A stretch of 40,646 nucleotides of DNA from an uncultured Candidatus Saccharibacteria bacterium. GTDB taxonomy: Bacteria > Patescibacteriota > Minisyncoccia > Phycocordibacterales > UBA12088. The stretch covers positions 73,023 through 113,668 of the forward strand of contig CAZFRC010000001.1 in NCBI GenBank assembly GCA_964521185.1, given 5' to 3'. Made by a program: the position numbers and the translations under genes. Below the pieces are notes generated by a model. It was not told where the DNA came from and ran no database searches. It saw only the letters and a program-made list of their open reading frames with translations. Of the stretch, positions 20,020 to 28,978 are shown in pieces. Each line of letters opens with the position of its first letter. Positions within the stretch are counted from its first letter, which is position 1.

Positions 20020-20571
20020 TTATGCGTTGATTTCTTCGTTTTTCTTTTCAACCAACACATCAAGCGCGGAATTTCCATTATCAACAATTTTTTGCATCTG
20101 ATCTTTTGCACGAAATTTATCGTCTTCAGACAACTCTCCATTTTTTTCCTTTTTCTGAATATCGCCCCAAGTGTCATCACGCGCCTTGCGAATGGCAATA
20201 CGCGCTTCTTCAAGTTTGTCTCGAACAAGTTTCTGGAGCAATCCTCTTCGTTCGGCGGTCAATTCAGGAAATATGACCCTGCATCCTTTGTCGTCGGAGA
20301 CGACCGAAACGCCGAGATTCGCTCCTGTTACCGATTTCTCAATCTCTTTAGCGAGACTCATGTCCCATGGCGTGACTCGAATCGTCCGAGCATCTTCGGT
20401 TGAAATGGCGGCAACTTCTTTAACCGGCATTTTCGATCCATATGCGTCAACCCGAACAGAATCAAGCAGCACAGGGGTCGCCCGTCCAGTTCGAACCCTC
20501 CCGAGTTCGCGAACAAGCCATTCTTTGACTTCAGTAATTCGGCTCTCAAATGGTTTGAAATTATATGTCAT
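20020..20571 (-). CDS. frr: Ribosome recycling factor
   Basis: RTGRATP, PELTAERR, RKARDD. Start re-set to MTYNF (TATACT 8 nt upstream). Confidence 0.95.
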   Translation of the reverse strand: MTYNFKPFESRITEVKEWLVRELGRVRTGRATPVLLDSVRVDAYGSKMPVKEVAAISTEDARTIRVTPWDMSLAKEIEKSVTGANLGVSVVSDDKGCRVIFPELTAERRGLLQKLVRDKLEEARIAIRKARDDTWGDIQKKEKNGELSEDDKFRAKDQMQKIVDNGNSALDVLVEKKNEEINA

Positions 20572-20640
20572 TAGAACCCAGTATATCGAAGCATTCAAAA
20601 AGCCGCAAAACATTCTTGAATAAGGAAAATACGAGAGCAC

Positions 20641-21309
20641 TTACTTGTGTTTTGGCAATGCTACCGCCAAATATTCAAGAAGCAATTTTCTTGACGATCC
20701 TCGATCCGTTATATATCCACGAATCATTGAAATAACTCGAAGCGACTCCTTAAGTGCTATAGAGGATGGAGCTTGTTCAAAAGAACGCCCCACAAGTATT
20801 TCAAGGGCGTGAAGAAACGAGGCAGGATCTTTGCGCTGCTTCTCTTTGAGAAATGGAGCAAGGAGTTTACTCCTTTCTCCTATTGTCGAAGCAAGAAACT
20901 TCTTTGCGGTTACCATATCTTCTGAAGTCGAAGATTCGACATATAAAAGTCTCGACTGAAGCGTGTTCAACACCGAAACCCCTCGCGGGACAAACAAAAA
21001 AACGTGCGTACCGATTGCCGGTTCTTCAAGTGCCTTCAGAAGCGATTGTTGCGCTTCTCGGGTAACGGTTTCCGCGGTTACGAGCACTATGCGGTGTGGC
21101 CGTGTTGCCTTTCGTTCTAGCTCATTTCGAAGAAGACGCGCTTCAGGAATTCCCATCGCATCAAACATCATCGTCTGGATGGTTACTTCGTCATCAGGAA
21201 AAAAATGTCGTTCAGATAATATACGCCGCACCTCCGCAAGGGCTATGTGCGTATCTCCAACAACCAGATATCCATGAAATAATCCGCTTGAACTCAAAAG
21301 CGTCTCCAT
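20641..21309 (-). CDS. DNA polymerase III delta' (HolB)-like protein
   Basis: HGYLVVG, EAQQSLLKALEEP, TLQSR motifs of the clamp-loader family. Confidence 0.8.
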   Translation of the reverse strand: METLLSSSGLFHGYLVVGDTHIALAEVRRILSERHFFPDDEVTIQTMMFDAMGIPEARLLRNELERKATRPHRIVLVTAETVTREAQQSLLKALEEPAIGTHVFLFVPRGVSVLNTLQSRLLYVESSTSEDMVTAKKFLASTIGERSKLLAPFLKEKQRKDPASFLHALEILVGRSFEQAPSSIALKESLRVISMIRGYITDRGSSRKLLLEYLAVALPKHK

Positions 21310-21340
21310 GCCGTCAGTATATCCGTTCTACACCCAAAGG

Positions 21341-21448
21341 TTAAAACGGTTCTTCGGTTACTTCGTTTGGCGGCATACCCTCTTCGACAGCATCTTCTCC
21401 ATGACTGGGAAACTGATCCGGACGAAGAGGAAAACCTTCAAATTTCAT
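21341..21448 (-). CDS. Unannotated 35-aa acidic small protein
   Basis: MKFEGFPLRPDQFPSHGEDAVEEGMPPNEVTEEPF*. It fills the intergenic gap; TATAAT lies 9 nt before the ATG. Confidence 0.65.
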   Translation of the reverse strand: MKFEGFPLRPDQFPSHGEDAVEEGMPPNEVTEEPF

Positions 21449-21467
21449 ATCGTGATTATTATACGAC

Positions 21468-22811
21468 TTATTCCCTTGTAATGCCGATCCGTTTTGCCAA
21501 CAGTGGAGTGAGGGGAGGTTCGATAATGAGGGTGAGGAGTATTACCCACATGCCGATGGCGAAGATATATTCCGCTCCTATGACATTGCTTGAAACCGCG
21601 ACTAAAATTAATACTGCGGGAATGACTCCGGTTTCCCGAATAAACGATAAAAACAACAGTTCTCGAATGGAAAACAAGCGATGGCCGGAAACAACCCACG
21701 GAAGCAGCGACATGAACACAACGATTGGGCGGATTACGAACATGAAGATGAGAGCAATACCGATGCCGACCCATGCAACCTGGATGAGCGAAGGGAGCGG
21801 AGCGATGCCTCCAAGCAGTATGAAAATAACTGGTTTGACGAGAGAATCATTTACTGTTTCAAAGAAACGACGGACCGAGCGCGTGGCCGCCCCCCCATCA
21901 AACAACAATCCGGCAACAAATGCAGCAAGATACCCCGAACCACCGACAAGACTTCCAGCCGAAAACATAATGATGGGAACAGCGATGAATAGTGCCGGAT
22001 CGGAAACATGCTCCCCTTTTTTCGCTAATTGATGCGCCCATTTTTGAAGAATCCACGCCCCGACCATTCCCACAGAAACACCCCAAAAGATCTCGAGTAT
22101 GAGATGTTCGATGGTCTCGCGCGCGAAAAACGGAGCAAACGATGAAATGATATTAGAATCCCCCGCCACTGTTCCGGCAAGTAGTGCTCCTATCAAAAAA
22201 AAGCGTGTGACAATGGTCCCCGCCACATCATTGACCGCGCTTTCAGATATTGCGATGTCTTTTACAAACGGACGATGCAGCGCAAGTGATTTAAGAGTGG
22301 GAATGATTGCGGTTGGATCGGTTGAGGCCAGCATGGCCGCCATAAGGAGAAGCGATGGTGCGCCGAGCGGAATGCCGAAGACAGGGGTCAATTTTTCAAG
22401 AAAAAAAGCGAAGAGGAACACGGTGCCAAGCGTTCCAAGAAGCGAAATGGACGCAATAGGCGCAAAATATTTTTTGAAGTTTCGAAACGGCACCTCCACG
22501 CCTCCGCCGAACAGTACAAGCGCTGCAAGAAGCTCCACCAAAATACGGAGCGTTGCTGCGTTTTGTGTTACCAAAAGGAGAAACGGCTGAAGCGCCATTC
22601 CAAAAAAAATTGCCCATACAAACGACGGGATGGCTGTTTTTGGCGCAATGTAATTGAGTCCGTAGCCGAGCGCAAAAATAAATCCGATAGTCAAATAGAG
22701 CCCTTGCGGTTGAGAAAGAAATATTTCAGAAAGTATGGGAAATTCGCGAGATGCAAACGAACATACCGCAGCTATGCCAAGAAGTACCGCGTATGGCGCG
22801 AAGCGCTTCAT
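21468..22811 (-). CDS. CPA1 (NhaP-type) cation/proton antiporter
   Basis: Multiple TMs, LVLFGGG, LASTDPTA, SESAVND, SGYLAAFVAG. Confidence 0.9.
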   Translation of the reverse strand: MKRFAPYAVLLGIAAVCSFASREFPILSEIFLSQPQGLYLTIGFIFALGYGLNYIAPKTAIPSFVWAIFFGMALQPFLLLVTQNAATLRILVELLAALVLFGGGVEVPFRNFKKYFAPIASISLLGTLGTVFLFAFFLEKLTPVFGIPLGAPSLLLMAAMLASTDPTAIIPTLKSLALHRPFVKDIAISESAVNDVAGTIVTRFFLIGALLAGTVAGDSNIISSFAPFFARETIEHLILEIFWGVSVGMVGAWILQKWAHQLAKKGEHVSDPALFIAVPIIMFSAGSLVGGSGYLAAFVAGLLFDGGAATRSVRRFFETVNDSLVKPVIFILLGGIAPLPSLIQVAWVGIGIALIFMFVIRPIVVFMSLLPWVVSGHRLFSIRELLFLSFIRETGVIPAVLILVAVSSNVIGAEYIFAIGMWVILLTLIIEPPLTPLLAKRIGITRE

Positions 22812-22813
22812 GA

Positions 22814-23149
22814 TTATTGTGCCATAGAAATCTTTGACTGATCTCCAAGATTCGTCATGAATTCTTTAAAGGCCCGGATTTCCTCTTGCGCCGCCCCTTG
22901 TACGATTGAATCGATGCCTGGTACTTGTTGTTTCAAGAAAGTTTCCATGCCAACCTGATCTCCGGAATCAGCCAGCGCATCGAATGCAGATTGTTGACTC
23001 TCCGGAATGCGCTTTAATATCTCAAGCATTACTCGCTCCATAACCACCTGCCCCAGATTCGAAATGATATGTTCTTGCTGTTCGGGAGGAAGATTCCCGA
23101 TCCCAAGATTGTCTGAAACCTGTGTTCTAATATCATCTCGAAGTCCCAT
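22814..23149 (-). CDS. Small acidic helical protein, CPR-type (resembles DUF5663 as I recall it)
   Basis: LGIGNLPPEQQE...ERVMLEIL...METFL pattern recalled from Parcubacteria proteins; not searched. Confidence 0.6.
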   Translation of the reverse strand: MGLRDDIRTQVSDNLGIGNLPPEQQEHIISNLGQVVMERVMLEILKRIPESQQSAFDALADSGDQVGMETFLKQQVPGIDSIVQGAAQEEIRAFKEFMTNLGDQSKISMAQ

Positions 23150-23186
23150 ATATAGTAATTACGTTATCATCGATCACCATCTCTTG

Positions 23187-25850
23187 CTACGAAACAATGG
23201 GGACTATTTTTTTTGTCGAATTTGTAACATTGGCAAGAAACAGGATCCTGCGCGCATACGCAAATATGCTTTCTTCAGGATACGGCGACAGTGACGGAAG
23301 ATTACTCCCGTTTTTCAGTTCTTCCAAGAATTCTCGAATGATACGGAGTCGATTTGTATCCGCATTCTTAAAAGGTGATGACTCCGGAACTTCTGATCCC
23401 CCGAGCATAGAAGGTTTGCCAACACCGATTCCACCAAGTAGATTCAGGGTAGAATGTTTCATGACAAATTCGGCTCCTCCAGGTGTACGCGAAAGCATGT
23501 CAGGTGAATTTTGCAGTCCGACAAACGCAGTAACATATTCCCGATGATCATTCAGCTTTTTAAGTAATTCCACACCCGCTGATTTGATATTTTTTAGAAG
23601 GTCTATGCCAAGTATCTCATGACTTGTTTTAGAATTTTTCAACATTTCGATCGAATACACTGGGCCTTCATCCCCCATGCGTATAAGACGTACCCCGGAT
23701 ATAGGCTGTTCATGAAACATTTTGGTCGATGGATCGATCAACAAACTGTATTCCGGTATTTTGTACAGTTCTTTGAGAAATGTTTGTGGCGCAGAAGTGA
23801 TTGCAAACGGGTTTTCGGTCTTGGCATGAGGCGCTACGTTTGGCTGTTCTGCGTCGTTAGGATTAGGTTTTCTGAAAGGAATAATGTTCCCTCCATCTTC
23901 TGCTTTTGCGCTCATCGCTTTGACGTTCTCTTCGACTTCGTGTCCCCTTATGGCCGGATTCACTCCTTCATCTTGCATGATTACTCCCGCTGCACGCATA
24001 ACTGGCGCAAGATCAAGATTTCCGGATCGCACTTTTGTTGGTTCAACGCCAAGAATACTCCTTATATCTTCTTCGGAACGTCCATTCAAAAATTTCAAAA
24101 GGGATAATTTGTCCCGCAAAGGAATTCTCTTGTCCATTATAATAGCAGTAGAAATACCTCCCTCCCCAACCTCAATAATGAAAGTATCGGTTGTGCTTCG
24201 AGGTTCAGATTCTTCCTCGTGTGGCTTGAGATTCCCTGGGTCTTTTGTATCCAATCCAACAAACGGGTTCGGTTTTGCTGCAAAGATTACAGGTGGAGTA
24301 GAGACGGAGGGTTTTTCTTTTGTTGTTCCCCCCAATGTATCTTCTCCTCCGCCTCCCGCTAACACGTCCTGTCCGTGACCAATTTTACCCTCCGCAACAT
24401 GCGAAGATGTGGGATGTAAAACGGATGCGTCATGCCACCATTCTCCGAGTGCGTTCATCAGATTCTTAATTGGGGTAATGTCCAATAACAATTCTCTTAC
24501 GATCGTTCGGGCAACCTCTGGTCCAACAACAGGAGTAATTGCTCCTAGAGCGATCGACAACGCATACCGTCCACGTATAGACCGAAGCCCGTCTTTAATT
24601 TGATTTATTCTTTCTTGTCTCCATTGGATGAATTTATGGTCGGTAGGATCAACAATCTTGCGAGGACTCTCCGAGATACTTTTGAATATTTGTTCGAGTA
24701 TAACGCTTATACCTGCGGAAACGGCAATGCGTTTTCCTAACACCAACGCCGTTGCGGCTGCGGCGGTAGTAGGAGTGCCGACAACCATCAACCCGCCAGC
24801 GGTTAATCCCGCGGTAACCCCGAACGCGATCTTCCATTTAGCAGGTAACGCATTGTACCGTACTCCCATCTCCATCCATTTTCTAAATCCCCAACGGTCC
24901 AAAGAATGCGCCTCCCCTTCAAGCGCCGCCTTTCTTTGACCAATAAAATCGTTCACACCGTTTAAACCTTCTTCTCGAGAAGGTTGTTTCTGATCTGGAT
25001 TTTCGAGTCTTGCTAGTTGAGACTCCAGAGCCTCTCTTAATTTCTCTTTTTCAGTTCCTCCCTTCGTTCTCAAATATTGCTGTATGGATTCTTCGAATTG
25101 TTTTAACCAATCTGCTATCGTGATTCCATCAAATTCCTGCGGACCTCTACCTTTGCCCTTCGCAAGAATCTCTTTCGCTGCCTCGACGCGCTGTCTCCAG
25201 TTTCGCACACGTTCTTCATCCACAGATGCCATAAACACAAAAAACGCCCGTTCATGCTCTCTGAGCATGGTCTGTAAAGTATTTGTTGCTTCTAAAGAAA
25301 CCCTGGATGCACCATTTTCCTTTGAAAGTTCTGCTTCCAAGAATTCTATTGCTTTTCGAAACGCGATTATGCATGGATCATGGGAGTTACTATAGTTTCG
25401 CCAACGAGGATCGTCGTCCCCCAACTTCAATGTATCTTTTGTGAATTTTGCTTTTATCCATTGTTCCAACACATATCGTCCTTTTTCAGTAAGGATATTC
25501 AGTGTCAATTCCTCAGGATTGGATTCATCAGTTGGTGTTAGAACCTCCACCCCAGCAGAATCCCCCTCTGCAGGTGAATCTGTAGGAGGGTCTGGGAGTT
25601 TTTCGGCATCCCCTCTTTCGGCGTCTTCTCTTTGGGCTTCCCTTCGAAGAGCGGCAAGGACAAGTTCTCTTACGGGCACTCCTTGAATTTCTCCTGTAAG
25701 ATCGTGTATTTCTTTCGGGATTTCGTCTCTTCTAATTGCTTCCAGAATTTCCGGATTTTGCCTAAATGATTCAAGCAAGCCTATAACGCGTAGTACTAGG
25801 CTCTCTTGAGTTGGGTGGGATTCTGGATTAGGCGATGGTTGTTGGGTCAT
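23187..25850 (-). CDS. Large orphan (887 aa) with central hydrophobic hairpin
   Basis: Long ORF: helical N-half, Gly/Ala-rich hydrophobic segments at about aa 341-389 and 429-443, Pro-rich linkers. Confidence 0.85.
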   Translation of the reverse strand: MTQQPSPNPESHPTQESLVLRVIGLLESFRQNPEILEAIRRDEIPKEIHDLTGEIQGVPVRELVLAALRREAQREDAERGDAEKLPDPPTDSPAEGDSAGVEVLTPTDESNPEELTLNILTEKGRYVLEQWIKAKFTKDTLKLGDDDPRWRNYSNSHDPCIIAFRKAIEFLEAELSKENGASRVSLEATNTLQTMLREHERAFFVFMASVDEERVRNWRQRVEAAKEILAKGKGRGPQEFDGITIADWLKQFEESIQQYLRTKGGTEKEKLREALESQLARLENPDQKQPSREEGLNGVNDFIGQRKAALEGEAHSLDRWGFRKWMEMGVRYNALPAKWKIAFGVTAGLTAGGLMVVGTPTTAAAATALVLGKRIAVSAGISVILEQIFKSISESPRKIVDPTDHKFIQWRQERINQIKDGLRSIRGRYALSIALGAITPVVGPEVARTIVRELLLDITPIKNLMNALGEWWHDASVLHPTSSHVAEGKIGHGQDVLAGGGGEDTLGGTTKEKPSVSTPPVIFAAKPNPFVGLDTKDPGNLKPHEEESEPRSTTDTFIIEVGEGGISTAIIMDKRIPLRDKLSLLKFLNGRSEEDIRSILGVEPTKVRSGNLDLAPVMRAAGVIMQDEGVNPAIRGHEVEENVKAMSAKAEDGGNIIPFRKPNPNDAEQPNVAPHAKTENPFAITSAPQTFLKELYKIPEYSLLIDPSTKMFHEQPISGVRLIRMGDEGPVYSIEMLKNSKTSHEILGIDLLKNIKSAGVELLKKLNDHREYVTAFVGLQNSPDMLSRTPGGAEFVMKHSTLNLLGGIGVGKPSMLGGSEVPESSPFKNADTNRLRIIREFLEELKNGSNLPSLSPYPEESIFAYARRILFLANVTNSTKKIVPIVS

Positions 25851-25877
25851 GTTTCTAAAAGTGACAGTTGCATTGCA

Positions 25878-28373
25878 CTAAGATTTGTCCTCAATGTCTC
25901 TGGGTAATAATCTTCTCAATTCTCCTATAAGAGCACCGACCCCTTCTGCTGCAGCTCCCCTTAATGAATTTCCACGCATTTCAACAAATGCTTCGTGTAT
26001 CTTCTGTTCGAATATCCTAAGACTTTCTTCTGCTCTTTGGACCACTTCATAAAATTCTTTCCATGTCTGAGGGTTTTTACTGTTTATTAAGGGAGATTCT
26101 CCAATAAAACTGGAGAGATATCCTTTCCATGGATTAATGATCAAGCTCTGTATTTTACTCACCTCCTCACCCCACAGAGTAAGCAATTCCTGTTTCAACA
26201 CATCGTTCGGGATCCTTTTCAAAGCCGCTCCGACCGACGAACCGTCTGGGGTCAGTGTTGCCAATACATCCCGTGTCACTACACCCAAAAATTTCTCCAA
26301 TGCCAGGATTCTTTCAAGGCGTCTTCTTGCTTCTTCAATAGTTCCTTCCGTTCGCCTTATTCTCCTTTTAGGGCTGCTGTCCACCGGAGGGGTAGGAGCA
26401 GCTTTATTATCTATGTTCTTCCATTGATTATAGAGAACGGCGTATGCGCGTTCAAAAAAGTCAAGGTCCTCAGTGGTAATTACACGCCCTTCTCCCATTT
26501 TGTTATGAAGCTGGACCCGAATGTCGTAGAGCGTGTCCAGAGATTTCTTAAGATTTTCCACGTCTTGATTAGTTTCAGTCCCAATGTGTATCATCTGGTG
26601 CGCATAATCATTGAGTACTTCCACATTCTTGTTCGTAATACCGAAATATCTATAAACGGAGAGAATGAGCGAATCCGCTTTTGTTACTATGTGCGTATAC
26701 CTGTCCCTTTCGTCAAAATCTCCTCGATAAGCTCTATAGGGAAAAACTTCTGGTTGGGGCAATAACGTAGGAGATGGGGAATGCTTTGGTGACGCCAACC
26801 CACCACCCCCTTTTTTATTTTCGCTTCCTCCAGACTTATCTGTTCTAATTCCTAAATTCTCGGCATTCTTTGCTCGCATTTCCGAAAGCAAATTGTTAGC
26901 CAATTCGCGTATATCGACAGTAATTCCTTCTGTAGATAGTCTCTTCAGATGAAATATTGCCTCTGATTCAGGCAGTATACCGATTGTTTTTAGTGTTATT
27001 AATTGTAAAATAGCCGCGCGTGCTCTTATTGGCAAATCTTCCTTCAACAGAAGATTCAACTGTTCAAGTGGTATTCCTGGAGTTATTTGTTCAATCGTTA
27101 TGGAATCTCCCCCTGTTTCTGCTCCTCCTCGGTAAGGCGCTTTCTCTCTTTTTCCAGACGTTGCGTTTCCTTCGTTAGGCGCTGCCTTTCCTTTTTCAGA
27201 CGTCGCGCTTCCTACGTTAGGCGGTGCATCTGTTTTTTCAGACGTTGCCCTCGGCATACTTTTTCCCGAATTCGGATCCGAAGGAAGATTGTCTGGGGGT
27301 GGAACCTTTTTCTGTCTTGTATTACCGTATTGCTCTTCAAGCGTTTCAAGTATGCGTAATGCTTTTAAAATGCTCTCTGCACTTCTCCTTGGATCTTTTG
27401 TTTCAAGTCTTTGTGCGTTATCTAATTCATCAGTAATTCTTTCTAATGTCGCTTCTATCGAATGCCCGCGATTTGCGGCTCGTATCCGCACTTCTCGCAT
27501 TCTAGTCCGTATATCTGCGGGAGAAGGTCTCCCTTCAGCACCTCGAGGTTTTGCTGTTCCCCCTTGAGTTCCTGCACTAGGTTCTTTGGCGGGTCCGGAT
27601 GGCGTACGGGGTGGTAATAGATCTATCCCTGTATTTTCTTCTTGTAATAGAGGATGCAGGGGGATGTCTGGAATTGTTCCAGCAGGGTTATTTGAATCTT
27701 CTCTCCCTGGAGTTTCATAAAATCCTTCAAGTCTGTCGACCAATTCATTTAACCTTGTAAATTCTTCTTCATACTCCTTGACACCTTCCCTATCCCCATC
27801 TTCTTGCATTTGTTCAACAGTTTTAACTGTGCGAAGATCTTTCCATAAACCCCTTAGGTATGGGGAAAAATGCTCAAAATTGGAAATATATTCCTCCAAA
27901 AAATCTTTGCCGCCTTTTTTTGAAGAAATATCCCGAATTAATATGTATGCTTCATGAATTTTCGTAAGCATGGCGCGATGCGCACGTAAAATGTTTCGAT
28001 ATTCTTTAAGAGTGTTTTTGTAAAATTCCAACTTGTCTACATGCTTCTGAATTTCCTTTCTGGCATTCTCTAAGGCAGAAACCGAATCTATTGCCTCCCC
28101 TTCTTTGGAGGGAGAATTCAATGCACTGATGATTATACGAACAGACTGTTGTGTCTCTCTGAACAGTGCTTGGATCTCTATATCAAGATCGTCGTCAATC
28201 TTGTTTGGTTTAAATCCAATCGAACGCGCAAGATTATTTATGTCGTAGGAAAGTCTATCAAAAGATTCTTGGAATTTTTTTTTCAGTTCGGATACACTCT
28301 CCGCTTCCAACGATGGATTTTCTGAAAGTGAAGGACCTTTTGCTGGTATTTGAGATCTCATAATGATGAACAA
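25878..28373 (-). CDS. Large orphan (831 aa), coiled-coil/helical with low-complexity linkers
   Basis: Long ORF with no signal peptide or TM; internal 14-aa repeats. Confidence 0.85.
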   Translation of the reverse strand: MFIIMRSQIPAKGPSLSENPSLEAESVSELKKKFQESFDRLSYDINNLARSIGFKPNKIDDDLDIEIQALFRETQQSVRIIISALNSPSKEGEAIDSVSALENARKEIQKHVDKLEFYKNTLKEYRNILRAHRAMLTKIHEAYILIRDISSKKGGKDFLEEYISNFEHFSPYLRGLWKDLRTVKTVEQMQEDGDREGVKEYEEEFTRLNELVDRLEGFYETPGREDSNNPAGTIPDIPLHPLLQEENTGIDLLPPRTPSGPAKEPSAGTQGGTAKPRGAEGRPSPADIRTRMREVRIRAANRGHSIEATLERITDELDNAQRLETKDPRRSAESILKALRILETLEEQYGNTRQKKVPPPDNLPSDPNSGKSMPRATSEKTDAPPNVGSATSEKGKAAPNEGNATSGKREKAPYRGGAETGGDSITIEQITPGIPLEQLNLLLKEDLPIRARAAILQLITLKTIGILPESEAIFHLKRLSTEGITVDIRELANNLLSEMRAKNAENLGIRTDKSGGSENKKGGGGLASPKHSPSPTLLPQPEVFPYRAYRGDFDERDRYTHIVTKADSLILSVYRYFGITNKNVEVLNDYAHQMIHIGTETNQDVENLKKSLDTLYDIRVQLHNKMGEGRVITTEDLDFFERAYAVLYNQWKNIDNKAAPTPPVDSSPKRRIRRTEGTIEEARRRLERILALEKFLGVVTRDVLATLTPDGSSVGAALKRIPNDVLKQELLTLWGEEVSKIQSLIINPWKGYLSSFIGESPLINSKNPQTWKEFYEVVQRAEESLRIFEQKIHEAFVEMRGNSLRGAAAEGVGALIGELRRLLPRDIEDKS
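27123..27248 (-). repeat. Three imperfect 42-bp tandem repeats
   Basis: Encode ATSEKTDAPPNVGS / ATSEKGKAAPNEGN / ATSGKREKAPYRGG. Confidence 0.85.
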
Positions 28374-28443
28374 TACAATGATGCAATACGCTTGAAGAAA
28401 CTGGTTCTATGCGGAATACCCGGCTCGTGCATGTTTTTTTCTT

Positions 28444-28935
28444 CTATGTGTTTGGGTCAATGGTGTTCTGTTTTTTTTCTACATCTAAAAATGCTTTCAG
28501 GTTCTCGTAAAAAATTTCCGCTTCTGAATGATTTCCCATTTGGAGAGCGCCTAGATATTTTGCCCATGCCGTCGGAAAATCCCCCCAACCATGGAGGGGG
28601 CCAGAATTATATCCGTAGTTAATTGAAATGACCTTTTGATTTGAACTGCGGGGCGCCCTTCTTCCTTCTGGATTTTCTTGAATCCGCAATGCGGATGTCA
28701 ATGCTTTTGGTGTATTGCCAAACAATCTACGTATTATGGAACGAGCCAATGCTTCCAATTGGTTTTTTTTATTCTGTGCTTCCGATGTTTCCCCCCGTGC
28801 GAGAAGTTCAGTGTTAGCTCTGGAACCCCCATCAGATGGAGTAAATGGAACTCCTGCCTCTCCTAATGCACGTTCGAAATCCGTCAGATCGAAAAATCTT
28901 TCGTGTCTATTTTCTTCTTGTCTTTCGTGTGTCAT
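28444..28935 (-). CDS. Hypothetical protein (163 aa)
   Basis: Co-oriented ORF 43 nt downstream of the ATPase gene. Confidence 0.7.
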   Translation of the reverse strand: MTHERQEENRHERFFDLTDFERALGEAGVPFTPSDGGSRANTELLARGETSEAQNKKNQLEALARSIIRRLFGNTPKALTSALRIQENPEGRRAPRSSNQKVISINYGYNSGPLHGWGDFPTAWAKYLGALQMGNHSEAEIFYENLKAFLDVEKKQNTIDPNT

Positions 28936-28978
28936 ATGTTCTTATGAAATTAATTATACTACGATAGTATTGATGTGT

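Noticed and set aside
9153-22032. Long antisense ORFs (9153-9812, 19326-20030, 21367-22032 and similar)
   Set aside because: They lie opposite well-supported genes and have no motifs; typical codon-bias shadows.
11355-27248. CRISPR array (checked the GTGG repeats and the 42-bp repeats)
   Set aside because: No unique spacers, units are degenerate or coding, and no cas genes are present.
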